The translations under genes were made by a program, and so were the position numbers. A stretch of 63,331 nucleotides of DNA, the filler included, from Gonapodya sp. JEL0774 (Eukaryota), in assembly GCA_027604505.1 (NCBI GenBank). It is 16 parts of 16 records of this genome, joined end to end, with 100 filler letters (N's around TTAATTAATTAA, not from the genome) between each part and the next. Parts side by side here need not be neighbours in the genome. Positions count along the whole stretch, not along the records: positions 1 to 3,889 come from JADIIX010001114.1; positions 3,990 to 7,877 come from JADIIX010001115.1; positions 7,978 to 11,853 come from JADIIX010001117.1; positions 11,954 to 15,829 come from JADIIX010001118.1; 12 more parts are not named here. One strand, written 5' to 3'. Positions 1 to 12,597 of the stretch are shown here, piece by piece (positions within the stretch are counted from its first letter, which is position 1; every line of letters begins with the position of its first letter). The notes under the pieces are model-generated. The model had not been told where the DNA came from, searched no databases, and saw only the letters and a list, made by a program, of their open reading frames with translations.

Positions 1-642
1 GAAATCAAAATTTAATCGGAGATTAAGGGAAGCTAGCAAATACTTGCGCTGGTTGAGGGGAGTTGACCGGAACAGATCAGTGATTTTGTGCTGGAGAACG
101 AGCATATCGTGGAGGAACAGCTGATTGTCTCGTTCTTCGATGGGCAATTCCGCTATATAATCAACGAACATAAAAAGCATCAGTCTGAGGCAATCCTCTG
201 CGCGACCGAGGTTGGCAGAAAGGCAGCTAACCGGAACTAATTGAGTCAACTTCTGCGAGAAGCCGTTCCTGCTCAGTATCAATGAAATGATACATTTCAT
301 CACTATATCAAGGAGTGCGTCAGTCATCACCACATCATCAACTTTTTGCAGAGCCACATATGTGGTCTGCGTACCTGAGGTCAGCAATCTTGTCATTGAA
401 TCGATAGTCGCCCATCACTGGATCAATGAAGTGCCAAAGACGCAGACCATTACGACTCGCAGCATGTTCAAAGCAGCATTTTTCTCCATTGTCAGCTTAC
501 TGGTGGCACCGACTGGCTCCTCCACGGCTGTAAGGTCCCATGCTCGAGCATACAGATCCCAGAGCTTCTTCACCGCCGCACTCGACTCGTAAGTGGAGGG
601 AACGGCCGGCTCGGGTGTCGCTGCGGGTAGCGCAATTGCCAT
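1..642 (-). CDS. Hypothetical helical protein, 5' part, runs off contig
   Basis: Exon MAIALPAATP...LNMLRVVM, then an intron with a CTGAC branch site and CAG acceptor, then about 120 open codons (TTYVALQKVDDVV...LNLRLNFDF) to the contig edge. No family recognised. Confidence 0.5.
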
Positions 643-830
643 CAGGGATTTCGAAAGTCGGAGAGTATTGATCCTGGCTTTATTGCGAATAGTTCCCCAA
701 CCAATCGATGCTTCTCGCTGTGGCCTGACTGGGACTTGCAAGCGCAACTCCCCTGGAATTTTGAATGAACGTACAGATTCTTCGGTATCTGAATTCCCCT
801 TTGTATAATTTGTGCCACATGGTGAATGAA

Positions 831-1464
831 CGCATTGCGAAGACCAGTGGAGAACATGAAATTTGGTGGACGTTGAAGCATCATGATCAACCCTAGTCGG
901 ATGGATTTTTGTTTGTCCATAGTGGCACAAACTCCCTATGCACTCACCGTCATCGTTGCTATGAGATCAGCGAGGAGCACGGAATGTACAAATTGTCAGC
1001 CCCCTTGGCGGTGGTATCAGCGCAGGCCAGTGTGAAGCTGGTGACTCCTCTGAAGTGTTTGCGCTTGGAGTTTTACTGTACAAGCTGTGAGTGCAGAGTA
1101 AACATTTTTTGCACCGATAGTGTGTTCAAACTGCCATTGTGCAGTCTCCGTTCAACCGCCCTCCCAGTATGTCGGGACAGAACCCCTTCCCAGTCGATGC
1201 AAACACAACGGTAGCAGAGTATGCCGAGGAGGTGCACAAGGGGTCCACATGGAAGTCGGTACCAGGGTGGAAGGCCGTACCCAGGGATTGTAAGTTGGCA
1301 CTGCCGCAATACCTTGCCTTGAGTCTGGACTGCTAAATACTAATCACGTAACGCACCTTGCAGTGATCCTCTTTCTTTGCGATATGCTGGACTTCGACCC
1401 ATCTGCCCGCCTGACCACCCACGAGGTCCTCAACACTCCTTTGCTGGATCGTCTACGGTATTAG
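831..1464 (+). pseudogene. Ser/Thr protein kinase C-lobe remnant
   Basis: Splicing GT-AG introns 1087-1167 and 1290-1363 gives SSEVFALGVLLYKLMSGQNPF...DLILFLCDMLDFDPSARLTTHEVLNTPLLDRLRY* (subdomains IX-XI). Upstream there are only frameshifted traces (VENM, MDFCLS for DFG) with stops. Confidence 0.6.
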
Positions 1465-3889
1465 GTGGTCGGTCGGAGAACGAAGTTTGTATCAGTGGTG
1501 ATGGTGTTTTCCAGATTGTTGTGATGACACCGCGAAGAGAGGAAGGAGGACAGGTCGTGGTCGGTGGAGATCGAATCGAATTAAATGTTCGGGAAGAAGT
1601 TGTATTTTCTCACGTTACTGCAGAGAGTTGTTTATCGGCTTCAAGTTTTCTTTGTTGCATCGCATTGCAGCCTATAGTTTATAATACGAAAGTCATTTGT
1701 TTGCTGTTATTCTCATCATTGACGCGCTCTTTTTACATATGTAACGTATACGTGAATCTTGTGATTCCCTAGGTGCTTTTGTCGAGGGTAGAAGAAGAAT
1801 TTCTCGAGGTGGGTGATGAAGTGTGACACGACACCCAGGGTGTTGGAGCAGGCCAGAAGAACCTAGAACTACGTATGAGGACGTAGAACTAGTACCACAA
1901 CGACGAATACACTTGTTTGCCCTTCTGGGCGTTCGATTTGTAGGCGTCAAAGAAGTTTAGACAAAGAACACGTAATCACTTTCAACGAGCACGCGTAGCT
2001 CGTGGCGACTCCCTCAGGACGTTTCCCGAGTGAAAGAGATATGGTGTAGATGTTTATACTTTTATCTTTTGTCCTTCTCGTCACGTTTTTCTTCACTTTC
2101 TTCGTATGGTGTTCAATGTCCCCCAGTACAAAGCCTAGTCATTTATATGACATCACTATTCCTCAGTGTCCTAAGACCACATGACTCTTTGCGTCTGCAA
2201 CTATAATGTTGCGCTCTCACTACTCCGATTTGAATGCGGAGCTAAATGTAAACTCAGATATGAAAATGAGATTTTTCGGGATGTCAAAACTTCTGGTCCC
2301 ACGTGACCAGGACCTCGTACTGTTCGGTCTGGGTTCGAATCCACGAACCCACAACTTCGACCAATTCCATTTTTACCCACGACAGCTTTCACTTCGCCTG
2401 CGTGCTCTCCTGAGCCGCGATGCTGTATCGACTGAATACGAGCATACGTCCAACTTTCCGATTTGGTGTGATCTTCGATAAAGTACGCGGCGCAGTTGCA
2501 ACAGGTCAATATTCCTGGGACACTGGAGCACGTCCACTGATCATCAAAACGGAAATAGAAATCGAAATCTAACAAGTCACAGCCGGCCACAAATCAGAAA
2601 TCTTCGGCGACAGATTTTACCTTGCAGTAGATCCAATTGGGAGCGTTCTCTGCTAGTTTCGACCACGGATATCAGACATAAGGGAATGGTGAATGAGCGG
2701 TAGGAAGTGGGTAAAAGACAAAACAGATGGCGAGGCGGGCTCGGGAATTCGCTGATGAGGAGTCGCTCGTCACCGAGGAATGGGGCTGGAGAGGTGCGCA
2801 AGGAATGTATCGATATCGAATGCTGATCAAATGATCGGGGTGAAGGAGGATCTAGTGCAAGACGAGACTCGGACAGGTGAGAAGAAAAAAGTCTTGAAGC
2901 TTACTCTCTGATGCTGTGATCTTTCTTATCCACGACGTCGAGCTATTGCACGCGGAACCTTTCTCTAGTGATGCTCCATTCTCACACGTTTCATCCCCCT
3001 TCATTGCTCCTAAAGAAAAAATCGTCAGCTTTCAAGACGTTCATTACTCTAGGGCGTGGAGCAAGGTAGACGTGGACTTGGCAGCCATTCTGTTGCGCTC
3101 GTACTTTCGGGCTTCAAATAGGACGAATCAAGAGCGGTGGAGGTGGACATGAGGAGACATTGGGCGATTATTGGCAGCTGAGAGTTACAATGTAGTCGAG
3201 GCTGGTGACGAGCCCGGCTGGGTTGACCGACAAGTGGATGCTCCTACCGCAACCCATCTATTTGTTGAATCCTCCCCAATTTCTGAGGTCTTTTCCGCCT
3301 CGCAATACTGCCGACACGTGTAATGAAGCTCAGCCACCAGCGAGGAAGTGCGTCGGTGATGAGGACGGCAACGAAAAGCAGCGAGCTCATGCGGAAAGCA
3401 GGCGTGGGAGGATTTTTTTATCATTCTTTCTCAAGTCCTGGGTACAATCGCAGATGATGCACCAACGGGGCATCGTTTTTCTTGTGCCGGCTCAGATCTT
3501 GCTGCTGTGGGTCTCCCTCTCAATACCGAGGGCGGCTGAACAACGGACCACGACTCTGCCAAGCAAGATACCACTTCATTTGAGCTGGAATTCTTCACAA
3601 CAGTGGAATCTTGTTAACGGGAGATGGAGTGGATAGTCCTGTCACATCCTCGTGTCAGAAATGAAGAGCATTTGAGAATACCGTGACACCAGCCACTCGT
3701 ATTTCATTGGCAAGTTCATCTATACATTCAAAACATCTCCCTAGACTAAAACCACTCAGTCAATTCGTCACCAATGTTATACCCTCGCTCTGTGATTGCG
3801 CAGCTGACTTGAATCCTCCTTGGGGACTACCAATTGTACTGGGTGTCATCAAAGGACTGAAAAGTTCCAGATGTCTTGTCTTTCGTGGC

Positions 3890-3989
3890 NNNNNNNNNNN
3901 NNNNNNNNNNNNNNNNNNNNNNNNNNNNNNNNNTTAATTAATTAANNNNNNNNNNNNNNNNNNNNNNNNNNNNNNNNNNNNNNNNNNNN
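3890..3989. other. Artificial contig spacer (first of 15)
   Basis: 44 N + TTAATTAATTAA (stops in all six frames) + 44 N. Identical spacers start at 7878, 11854, 15830, 19803, 23774, 27744, 31712, 35675, 39633, 43587, 47541, 51492, 55441 and 59387. Segment lengths never increase (3889 down to 3845). Confidence 0.98.
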
Positions 3990-4833
3990 TGAACTGGAAT
4001 GCATCTGCAGACGACATATTTGCCCTCTCACACATTTTCCTACACGGCGTTTCTGCAATTCTCACTCTTTTCATCGCCCTGACTCCTCGAGAAACTCAGC
4101 TCATTACTCCAACAACCGCAGCGGCATCCCGTCGCCGATCCTTCAGTCCGACATACATCCAGCCCACGCAGCAGAACGACGCGAGTGTTCCGGGAGCTTT
4201 CAGTGCCTGGGGTGGTCACCAGTACGATGCAGAACGGCAAGCGCTTCTCCCTCAACCAACAGCCAACCTCCCAGTTTCCCGCCGACGTGGGGCACTTCCG
4301 CGGGAAAGGCTTCACGGGCCATCTCTTTGCACAAAACTTCTCTTCATAATTGGTGTCTTGCTCGTTGTTGTGGCGTGGGGTATTGAACAAAGTTGGACCA
4401 GTCGACTCATCTGGGAGCGCGTTGACTCCACATTGAATCCTGCTGCCCAATCCAGTGACGATAAGCATGAACCACCTACGTTGAGCTCTGGGGAATTCAC
4501 ATGGTGGACCAAAGGCCATCTCTCTTCAGTGTGCATTGTTGTTCCCGTCTTTGATTTTCCGGAGAGTACGCGTTTCCCAAAAGCAACATCAGATTCGCTA
4601 ACAGTCCACGGTTGGGCGAGCGTCTTGGACGTGCTCAACTGGGCTGGATCAATTGGTCTGTTAATCCTTTTGATTGCAGTGAACAGAGAGGGTAGGCGGT
4701 GCAAGGATGTGAGTTTACACGTTCTACCCTCTGTGTGCATCCAGCGGTCGAACTAACGTGCTGGCCACGGCTGATAGGAGATTGTGTGGGCAACAGCGAA
4801 TCAGGTTTCGGAAGCATTCGATTTTCGGAGGTG
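3990..4833 (+). CDS. Multi-pass membrane protein, 3' part
   Basis: Open frame from the contig start with three hydrophobic segments (IFLHGVSAILTLFIAL; LLFIIGVLLVVVAWGI; WAGSIGLLILLIAV), then a GTGAGT intron and a short last exon EIVWATANQVSEAFDFRR*. End coordinate approximate. Confidence 0.5.
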
Positions 4834-5293
4834 ACTTGGAGGTTAAGGTGATTGGGTGGCCGCCAAAATCTGCGTGTGGTCACAGGAGTTTCGGAGTTAC
4901 ACACGCACAGCTGTACATTGAGTTTATTTCGCTGACTTTGTAGCTACGTATCGGGAGCACTTAGGTATTGTGTAATACATTGGCTTCACCACACACTCGC
5001 ATATCGAAACACTGGCAATTCCCGAGTCCGTGAGACACACTCACGCTGCATGTAGCGAAGACGTCAGTCGTGTGTGGAATTTTACACCTCAAAACTTGCT
5101 CGCCGGGTCAACCTACATGTGCCGCTCGGCTTGTTCAGGGGCTCGTCTGGTCAACATCCGGTTTGGTAAGCCACATAAGCCACGGTCTTCTACATAAAAG
5201 CAGGGAGCGGCATGTTCAATCGATCTCCACGCAGTTGCGGGTACTCTCTTTCGTCAATCCTCACTTCCGTGAAAACATCGCACCATCACAATC

Positions 5294-6385
5294 ATGGCTC
5301 CCATTCAACTTTACTCCATGGCGACTCCTAATGGCCAAAAGATCGGCATCGTGCTGGAAGAGCTTGGAATTGAGTACGAACCTCACATGACCCACATCAT
5401 GAAAGGTGCGTTTTGCATACGTATGCGGGCAGAAAGTTCGCAATTAGGGTACTTGACAGGCTGAGTTGAGCTGATCAAGTGAGTCAATTGCTCGCGAAAC
5501 AGGCGATCAAAAGACTCCAGAATTCACTGCGATAAACCCGAATCAGGTGAGCATCACGCTCCCACTTCCGAGCTTTTGCTTGGTTTCATCGTCATCACTT
5601 CCATTGGGTTAATTTTTTACACACACTTCGATTGCAACACCAGAAAATCCCAGCAATCGTTGATCCAGATGGTCCTGGGGGCAAGCCTATCTCTATCTTT
5701 GAATCTGGTGCTATTCTGTTGTACCTCGCTGATAAAACGGGGAAACTGATTCCGAAAGATCCTGCGGAGCGATGGCAGGTCATTCAGTGGCTCTTCTGGC
5801 AGGTATTTTTCAGCTTTGATGACGTGCCTTTCGTGATTTTCGATTATCTTATGGAGAATATCTGTTCAGATGGCTGGACTGGGTCCAATGGTTGGTCAGT
5901 TCGGACATTTCTTCAAGTTTGCACCAGAGAAGATTGCGGTACGTTCGGTTGTTCTCTGCTTGCGCCGCTTTCGTGAATCTCTTATTATGACACTCTTGCT
6001 TTGATGCACAGTATCCGATTGATAGATACACCACGGAAGCGAAGCGCTTACTTGACGTATTGAACAAGCAACTCGAGGGACACGACTTTGTCGTCGGCAA
6101 TGAATACTCCATTGCTGACATTGCCATTTTACCCTGGGTGGATGTTATTACTGGATTTTACGGAGGTGTGTAGAATTCATCAGCACCTTTGAATATCCAT
6201 GGATACCGCTTGGGATGTTCACTCGAACTCGATCATTCGCCCAATCCCCTAACATGACAGCTGGCGACCAAGTGGAGATCTCAAACTACAAGAACGTGGT
6301 AGAATGGAGCAAGCGATTGAATGCTCGCCCAGCCGTTATCAAGGGCAAGAAGGTCCTTGCGCCTCCCATGCCACCCCCGAAGTAG
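5294..6385 (+). CDS. Glutathione S-transferase, Nu/YfcG-Ure2-like class, copy 1 (6 exons)
   Basis: Spliced: [25 protein letters not shown]...[38 protein letters not shown]...[15 protein letters not shown]...[11 protein letters not shown]...[10 protein letters not shown]. Has the TPNG, cis-Pro KIP, ESGAI and SIAD motifs. Confidence 0.95.
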
Positions 6386-6748
6386 TTTGGTTGTCGATTG
6401 TATTAGTATCCGACAAAGAAAAGAAAAAATTTGCTGCTTTGCCTACGTTCTCGACGTACTACTGTCCGCGGAGCGGTTCCATATGGGCGCAGTACGCGGG
6501 GGTCTGTATGACTGTACTGTGCAGACATACAATGCTGACCAAGAATAATTATCTTGTCACAGCCGCATTCAATCGGTTTCGTAATAAGATCAAGAAGTTG
6601 AAAGCGTCACATTCTCTCTAAAGCTGATTGCAGTCCATTTAGATCCACTCCACGAACGCGCTCACTTGTAAGTTTGTTGCGACTTGAGACATTCTTCTGA
6701 TGAAAACACTAGAAAACTCACGTTCATTGCCAACAGCAACACATCCAT

Positions 6749-7798
6749 ATGCCTGGAATTCAGCTCTACTCAATGGCAACGCCTAATGGCCAAAAGATCG
6801 GTATTGCACTGGAAGAATTGGGGATCCCGTACGAACGGCACTTGATTGAAATAATGAAGGGTAAGAGGTTATCCCCTTGCCACTCAATGGAAAACTCTAT
6901 AAGGAAGTAGGCGTGAAGGCGAAACTCAATTTCCACTACTACAGGTGACCAAAAGTCTCCTGAATTCACCGCGATCAATCCGCACCAGGTGGGTTTCTGA
7001 CACTCTCGGTCTTGCGTATTCTTTTTGTCTTACTCCACTCGGGGGGACTACTTCGCCAACCGCTTGATCTCCTATTGTGGAGAGCAGAAGATCCCTGCCA
7101 TCGTTGATCCTGATGGCCCAAGCGGAGGGTCCGTCTCGGTTTTCGAATCTGGTGCAATACTCTTGTATCTCGCGGAGAAAACTCAACGACTGATCCCAAA
7201 GGATCCCGTCGAGAGATTGAAGGTAATCCAGTGGCTTTTCTGGCAGGTGTGTAAGTCGAGCAGGCATTGTTATGGCTCGAGAACTTACATTTGCTCACAG
7301 GTGGCAGGGATGGGTCCAACATTTAGCCAGTTTGGATACTTCTTCGTATTTGCTTCAGAAAAGCTCGAGGTGCGTGCAGTGGACCGCACTCTCGGTAGCC
7401 CAGCCTCTTCCGATCACGTACCTTCCAATTGCTTGCCGTCTGTAGTTTCCAATCAACTTCTACACAACCGAAGCGAAACGTTTACTCGGTGCCTTCAACA
7501 AGCATCTTGAGGGGCACGATTTTGTCGTGGGCAATGAGTATTCTATTGCTGATATCGCCATTTTTCCCTGGGTGGATTCGATTCTCCAGAAGTACCCAGA
7601 AGGTGTGTCAAGATCAATCCAGGACCCTTATCGTGCTCATTTAAATTGCTTACATGATCGTTTAATGTGCTAGCTGGTGAGAGAGTGGGAGTCTACGAGT
7701 ACAAGAATGTGGTCGAATGGAGCAGGCGCTTGAATGCTCGGCCGGCAGTCGCGAAGGGCATGAAGGTCCTCGCACCTCCCTTGCAACCTTCAAAGTAG
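6749..7798 (+). CDS. Glutathione S-transferase, Nu/YfcG-Ure2-like class, copy 2 (6 exons)
   Basis: Spliced: [25 protein letters not shown]...[32 protein letters not shown]...[11 protein letters not shown]...LNARPAVAKG. Same five intron positions as copy 1. Confidence 0.95.
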
Positions 7799-10700
7799 CT
7801 TCTCACTATTTTGTAGCAACCAAAAAGTCTGATCAAATCCATGACAGTTTGGGCGAGAATTCATTGCCGGGTGTGGGNNNNNNNNNNNNNNNNNNNNNNN
7901 NNNNNNNNNNNNNNNNNNNNNTTAATTAATTAANNNNNNNNNNNNNNNNNNNNNNNNNNNNNNNNNNNNNNNNNNNNAGTAAAGTGTATCCGGCAGAGCT
8001 TGTGATCAGTTTTGTAAGACCAGAACAATCAACCTAGGAGCCACTTGCAGTCGGGCATCACTCATGAATTCTCTTTTCGCGAAGAGAACATTTTAGCGTA
8101 ATAGAAAGGACCATGAAAAAATCGCAAACAACTCCTGGGACCACGCTCGGGACTCGAAGTAGAAGGCTACCGTTATGAGCTAAAGTAATGTGTATTTACA
8201 GTTAACGATATGGTGTACAAACATGCTTCTAAGATCAATTAATGTCAGTCAGAACTATGATATTCTTATCCGGGGGTTGTGGGTTTCACCGGTGATGCAC
8301 ACATCGTTTAACCCCCCAGAAATGAAAAGGGGTGGTCTCCAAGAACGTTCTACAACGAGCGACCGTAATCCTTCACTGTCTGATTATTCAGAGGATAAGC
8401 GAGATCGTATCGCTCCTGCGGAGAAGGTTGGATATGATGATGAAATGGGTGCTGTTGTGGTAATTGTTTCCTGTCCCATTCCGCAACAGTGCCGCCCGGA
8501 GTATCCCCATGATTCATACTGAGCTCACTAATGCTATGAGCCCAATGTACTTTATGATTCAAGAGAGCTCTCAAGGGCGGCAAAGATGGTGCCGGTTCCC
8601 CAAGCACATGTGGCCGCACAGGTGCCAGAGTCGCATCACCGATAGAAAAAGCAAGGTCGTTGGTCCATTTTTGGCTGAATTCAGTAGGCAGTGTAGACCC
8701 ATTGCGATGGTTTTGGTTTGATTCCAGCGGAGGGAGGAGCCAGGGACCACAAGGGAGCAGCTGATCCGTGCTCGGTGACTCATGTGACCGGACACTGGGC
8801 TGGAAACTAGTACTGGCGTTCCTTCGGTTGCGTTCCATCAGTGAAGCGGATTGAATACACGTTCGTCGCGTCGTGTGGCGAATCATAACGTCTGGAGAGG
8901 TATCCCAGCGTACACCCGATCCGTCCACGCGTCAATTAAACCGATATCTGCGTCAGACTCAGCTAGGAACCAGTGAAGACGCTAGACTGAGTTGCTGCTC
9001 ACCCCTTCTTGCGAATCGGCGTCCGCATTTGGGGCAAATGCACGTTTTCGGCCATCCCGTCACCCGCGGCACTGGGACAAGCGGAGAGCTGGAGGAGGCG
9101 AATTTGGGCATGTAAATTTGAGGGCGAGGAATTTCGTGGCACCTGAGCGTGTGCTTTACTCGATGAGTAATAATTCTCGGACGAGATCAGTTCGATGGAG
9201 CCGCTCTGTGGGTTTGGCCCTGTTCAGATGCTCGAGGAATCGAAATTTGATCCAACAAGACACAAGAACTCGAAAGCAGTGGGCAGGAATATCAAGGTCC
9301 ATTTTATCATCGACTTCTATGTGTCTCTTCTGTTGCTACTTTGGAACCCCTTTTCACTATCTGCAAAGTTTATGAGCGGGGGTTGCCGATGATACGCGCA
9401 AGTCGAGGGGAAGGATCCATTCATTGTGTCCCGCTACTAACGCCACCTTTCTAGCTTTGAGTTGGGTTTGCGAATCAGCTCGGTGCTGTAGATCTGGTTG
9501 GTGGAGGGAGTTCATCTCCATGCGCTCACGTTCTCCAGATGTGCACCACTCTTCGTCACAGTTGGACGAGATTGGGCAGCCATTGTCTTACGTGAGAGCG
9601 TTCTCTAAAGCACAGGCATTCAGAGGAGGTAGTAACTAGTGTTGGCGAGGGCACGATAGAGTATGATCCACCAGTGAGAACGGCATATCGGAGGCCGCTC
9701 GCCAGCTCGACATCCACACCGCTTTTCAGCTTGACATCAGCCCGATAGTCGAATAGATGCTAGAAACTTCAATATCATTGCAGAATGATCTGATTCGCCA
9801 CGTCCTGCCCCTTGGAAGTGAAACTGAATGCATGCACTTGGCAACCGACTGGCGAACATCCTGCAGAGATTCCTTCGATTCATTGGCTTCAGTTTCGAAT
9901 TGAATCCAGATGTTTTCGGTTTGTGCTAAGTTAAGGCACGCAGTCGGTTCAACCGCTGGCTGTACCATTTCACTGGTGGCACCTTGTTCTGATACGATGC
10001 ACCTTTTGTCACCCGACTTCCACAGCCGCAGAACATCATCCCAATGTGTCTAGCTCAATCGACAATGTCCTATCCTCAGAACTGCACCATCTTCCACCAT
10101 CAGCGGAGATCTTGTGATGTTACATTTGAACATCTTTTTGGTTGATCCCCCATCTTACATAGTCTTCTGATGTTACATTTCGTCTTTACCCGCTTTTGAA
10201 ATCGTGTTTCGAAACTCTCAAAAGAAAGCAGCCACTTTTGTCGCAGGATGGACAGACAACACGCACTCGGTTAACGAAGAACAATCGATCAGTCATGGCC
10301 CCCTCAGTATCAGGTGGGAAAACCGACAGAATAAAACAAGAATCTTGTAAAGTGCTTGGAGAGCGTCTCCTCTGACGCTAAAATGCTGTCCAAACACCGC
10401 TTGCGAAGGAAATCTGTTTACATCTGGAACGTTGGAATCATTACTGAAAATGGTGCCTGATCAAAGTTATGAAAGCATCCAGATTGCGAGGACTTTTCTT
10501 GCTACCGGGAGCATTCTACAGCCTCGCAGAGTGCTGGTGTGGTGTGCGTGGTGTCGGTCACTGGCGGAGGACCTTATTCGCCGAGCGGAGCTCCACCATG
10601 TGGCACTGAGGAGCAAGGGAGGAAGGCGTCACTTTCTCCGCACCCTATACTGCAATTATTCCCCAACTTTCTTGCGAGTCCGGAACAACTCCACCATTCG

Positions 10701-12597
10701 CACCGAAGATGTGTATACAGCAGGTCCCACTTAAGTGTGGACACTTGTTGGAGAAATATGCAAGTTTATGTAGTGCCAACGGAATCGCTCACGCAGCAAA
10801 CAAAACCCAAGAGGGTCTCTGGTGGCCATATTTCGCATCGAGTGGCTTTTGTCGGTTTCCAGGGTTCCGTCGAACCGATTTCTGAGGTCATTTGTCCATC
10901 CTTCCCACAGGAGGTATTCATTGTTTTCAATCCGCACATCACGTATTTCATAGACACAACTGCCGGGATCGGCTCGCTGTACGCGTGTAGCAACTATCGG
11001 AGCAATGCAACGTTCTTCCGGAACATCTGAGGCCGACTCTCCGAACTTAACGTGAATCAGGAACCTCACCCTCATTTGTGACACGCTGGCGTAGCATTTA
11101 TTCACTCGTCACGTCACTAGCTGGCGGTCGAATTGAGTGAGGGAATCGCGATAGGACTTTGTGAGTGGAAGTGACCCCACTTTGCGGGTTTGTGTCAGAT
11201 ATCAGGCAATCATATGTGGCTGCTAGCGTAAATACTACACATGCCCTTTCAGTAATTCTTCCCGAGCACGGGCTTTCGAGGGCCGGGCGATGGTGGGTAT
11301 GCAATGTTGAAGACAAATGCCACGATTATGCCTTCTCATCTCGACTTCGCCCACCGGCCCGGTTCTGGCAGCACCGCCCACCCCCTTCTGGCGTCTATCT
11401 CTCCTCACCCCTCGTCTCAGCCCGTCTCGGGTATGACGTCTTTGAGCAAGAAACTCTTTCTATCCCGCGGTATGAAAGATCTTTTCCGTGCGAAACAGCG
11501 ACCATATTCTCTCTTTATCTTGGGTTTCTTGGATGGCACAAACAGTAGTTCTCACAGAAGATGATGTACGTATTATGCTTGCGAGTCTGGGACAGGACCT
11601 TAAGCAATCCAGCCAGCAACACGATTATATGCCGATGCGCGGATGCGTAGCGTACAAAACACAAAACGAGATAGGAACTACAACTGGCTATTTATATATG
11701 TGAGGCTGCCGAAGAGGGCTTCTCACCAATGTCGTGGCCGCTCCTCCCCGCACCGTCAATGTGCAAAACCCAACCCGGAGCAGGGGTCGTGTTCCAGCGG
11801 AGCTCCACGCGCACTCGAGGCTGTACTGCCTCGAACAACACGTTCAGCTTGACNNNNNNNNNNNNNNNNNNNNNNNNNNNNNNNNNNNNNNNNNNNNTTA
11901 ATTAATTAANNNNNNNNNNNNNNNNNNNNNNNNNNNNNNNNNNNNNNNNNNNNGGAGTTGACACTTCATACGAGGACTGGAATGCACGTGGCGGAGCAGA
12001 TGGTCCCTGGAGTCACGTTTGATGTCAAGGTGGTGGAGGAAGGAGGTGGATTGTGGGAGATATCATGCAGCGGGAGGAGTGGGAGCTCAATACAGCTCTG
12101 AGTTGATGATGTTATTTAGGGGTAATCGTTCACACTTATCGGCCAGCCATTGTAAGGAACGCTATGTATTTCGTATTTGAATCTGAGCGTCAGTGCAATG
12201 CAATGCCCGTTACTGACAGCGGCGCGTCGCGTCTCGGAATACTGATCCGATGGAATACCGCGATGCGATCTTCTCATCTCGTCCATGGATTGTCCACACC
12301 AAGATTACACTTTGTTAATTGATCAGCTGTCTACTAGAAAAACAATCGATCCAGGTAGGGGTCTCCTGAATTCATGAAAACGTGGCAACAGACCGGCTCT
12401 TCCAGGTGGACATTTGCTTTTGTAGAGAGGCGAGAAAGATATCAGCGGGAGATGATACGCTTACTTTCTTTGATGAATTCTCGACATTGAGCCAACGTCG
12501 TGATTGGCTGGTGGAAGTCCGCACCTCATTTCCAACCGATAACTCAAACCACCAAGTGTCACACGAAAACCGACGCAGACTACGTTCCAGACCCTCT

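Noticed and set aside
1700..3640. Possible degenerate genes sharing an FYPRQ peptide on opposite strands
   Set aside because: A five-residue match with multiple stops and no consistent splice model.
3990..4833. Cystinosin/PQ-loop assignment for the membrane protein
   Set aside because: No PQ motif visible; the resemblance is too weak.
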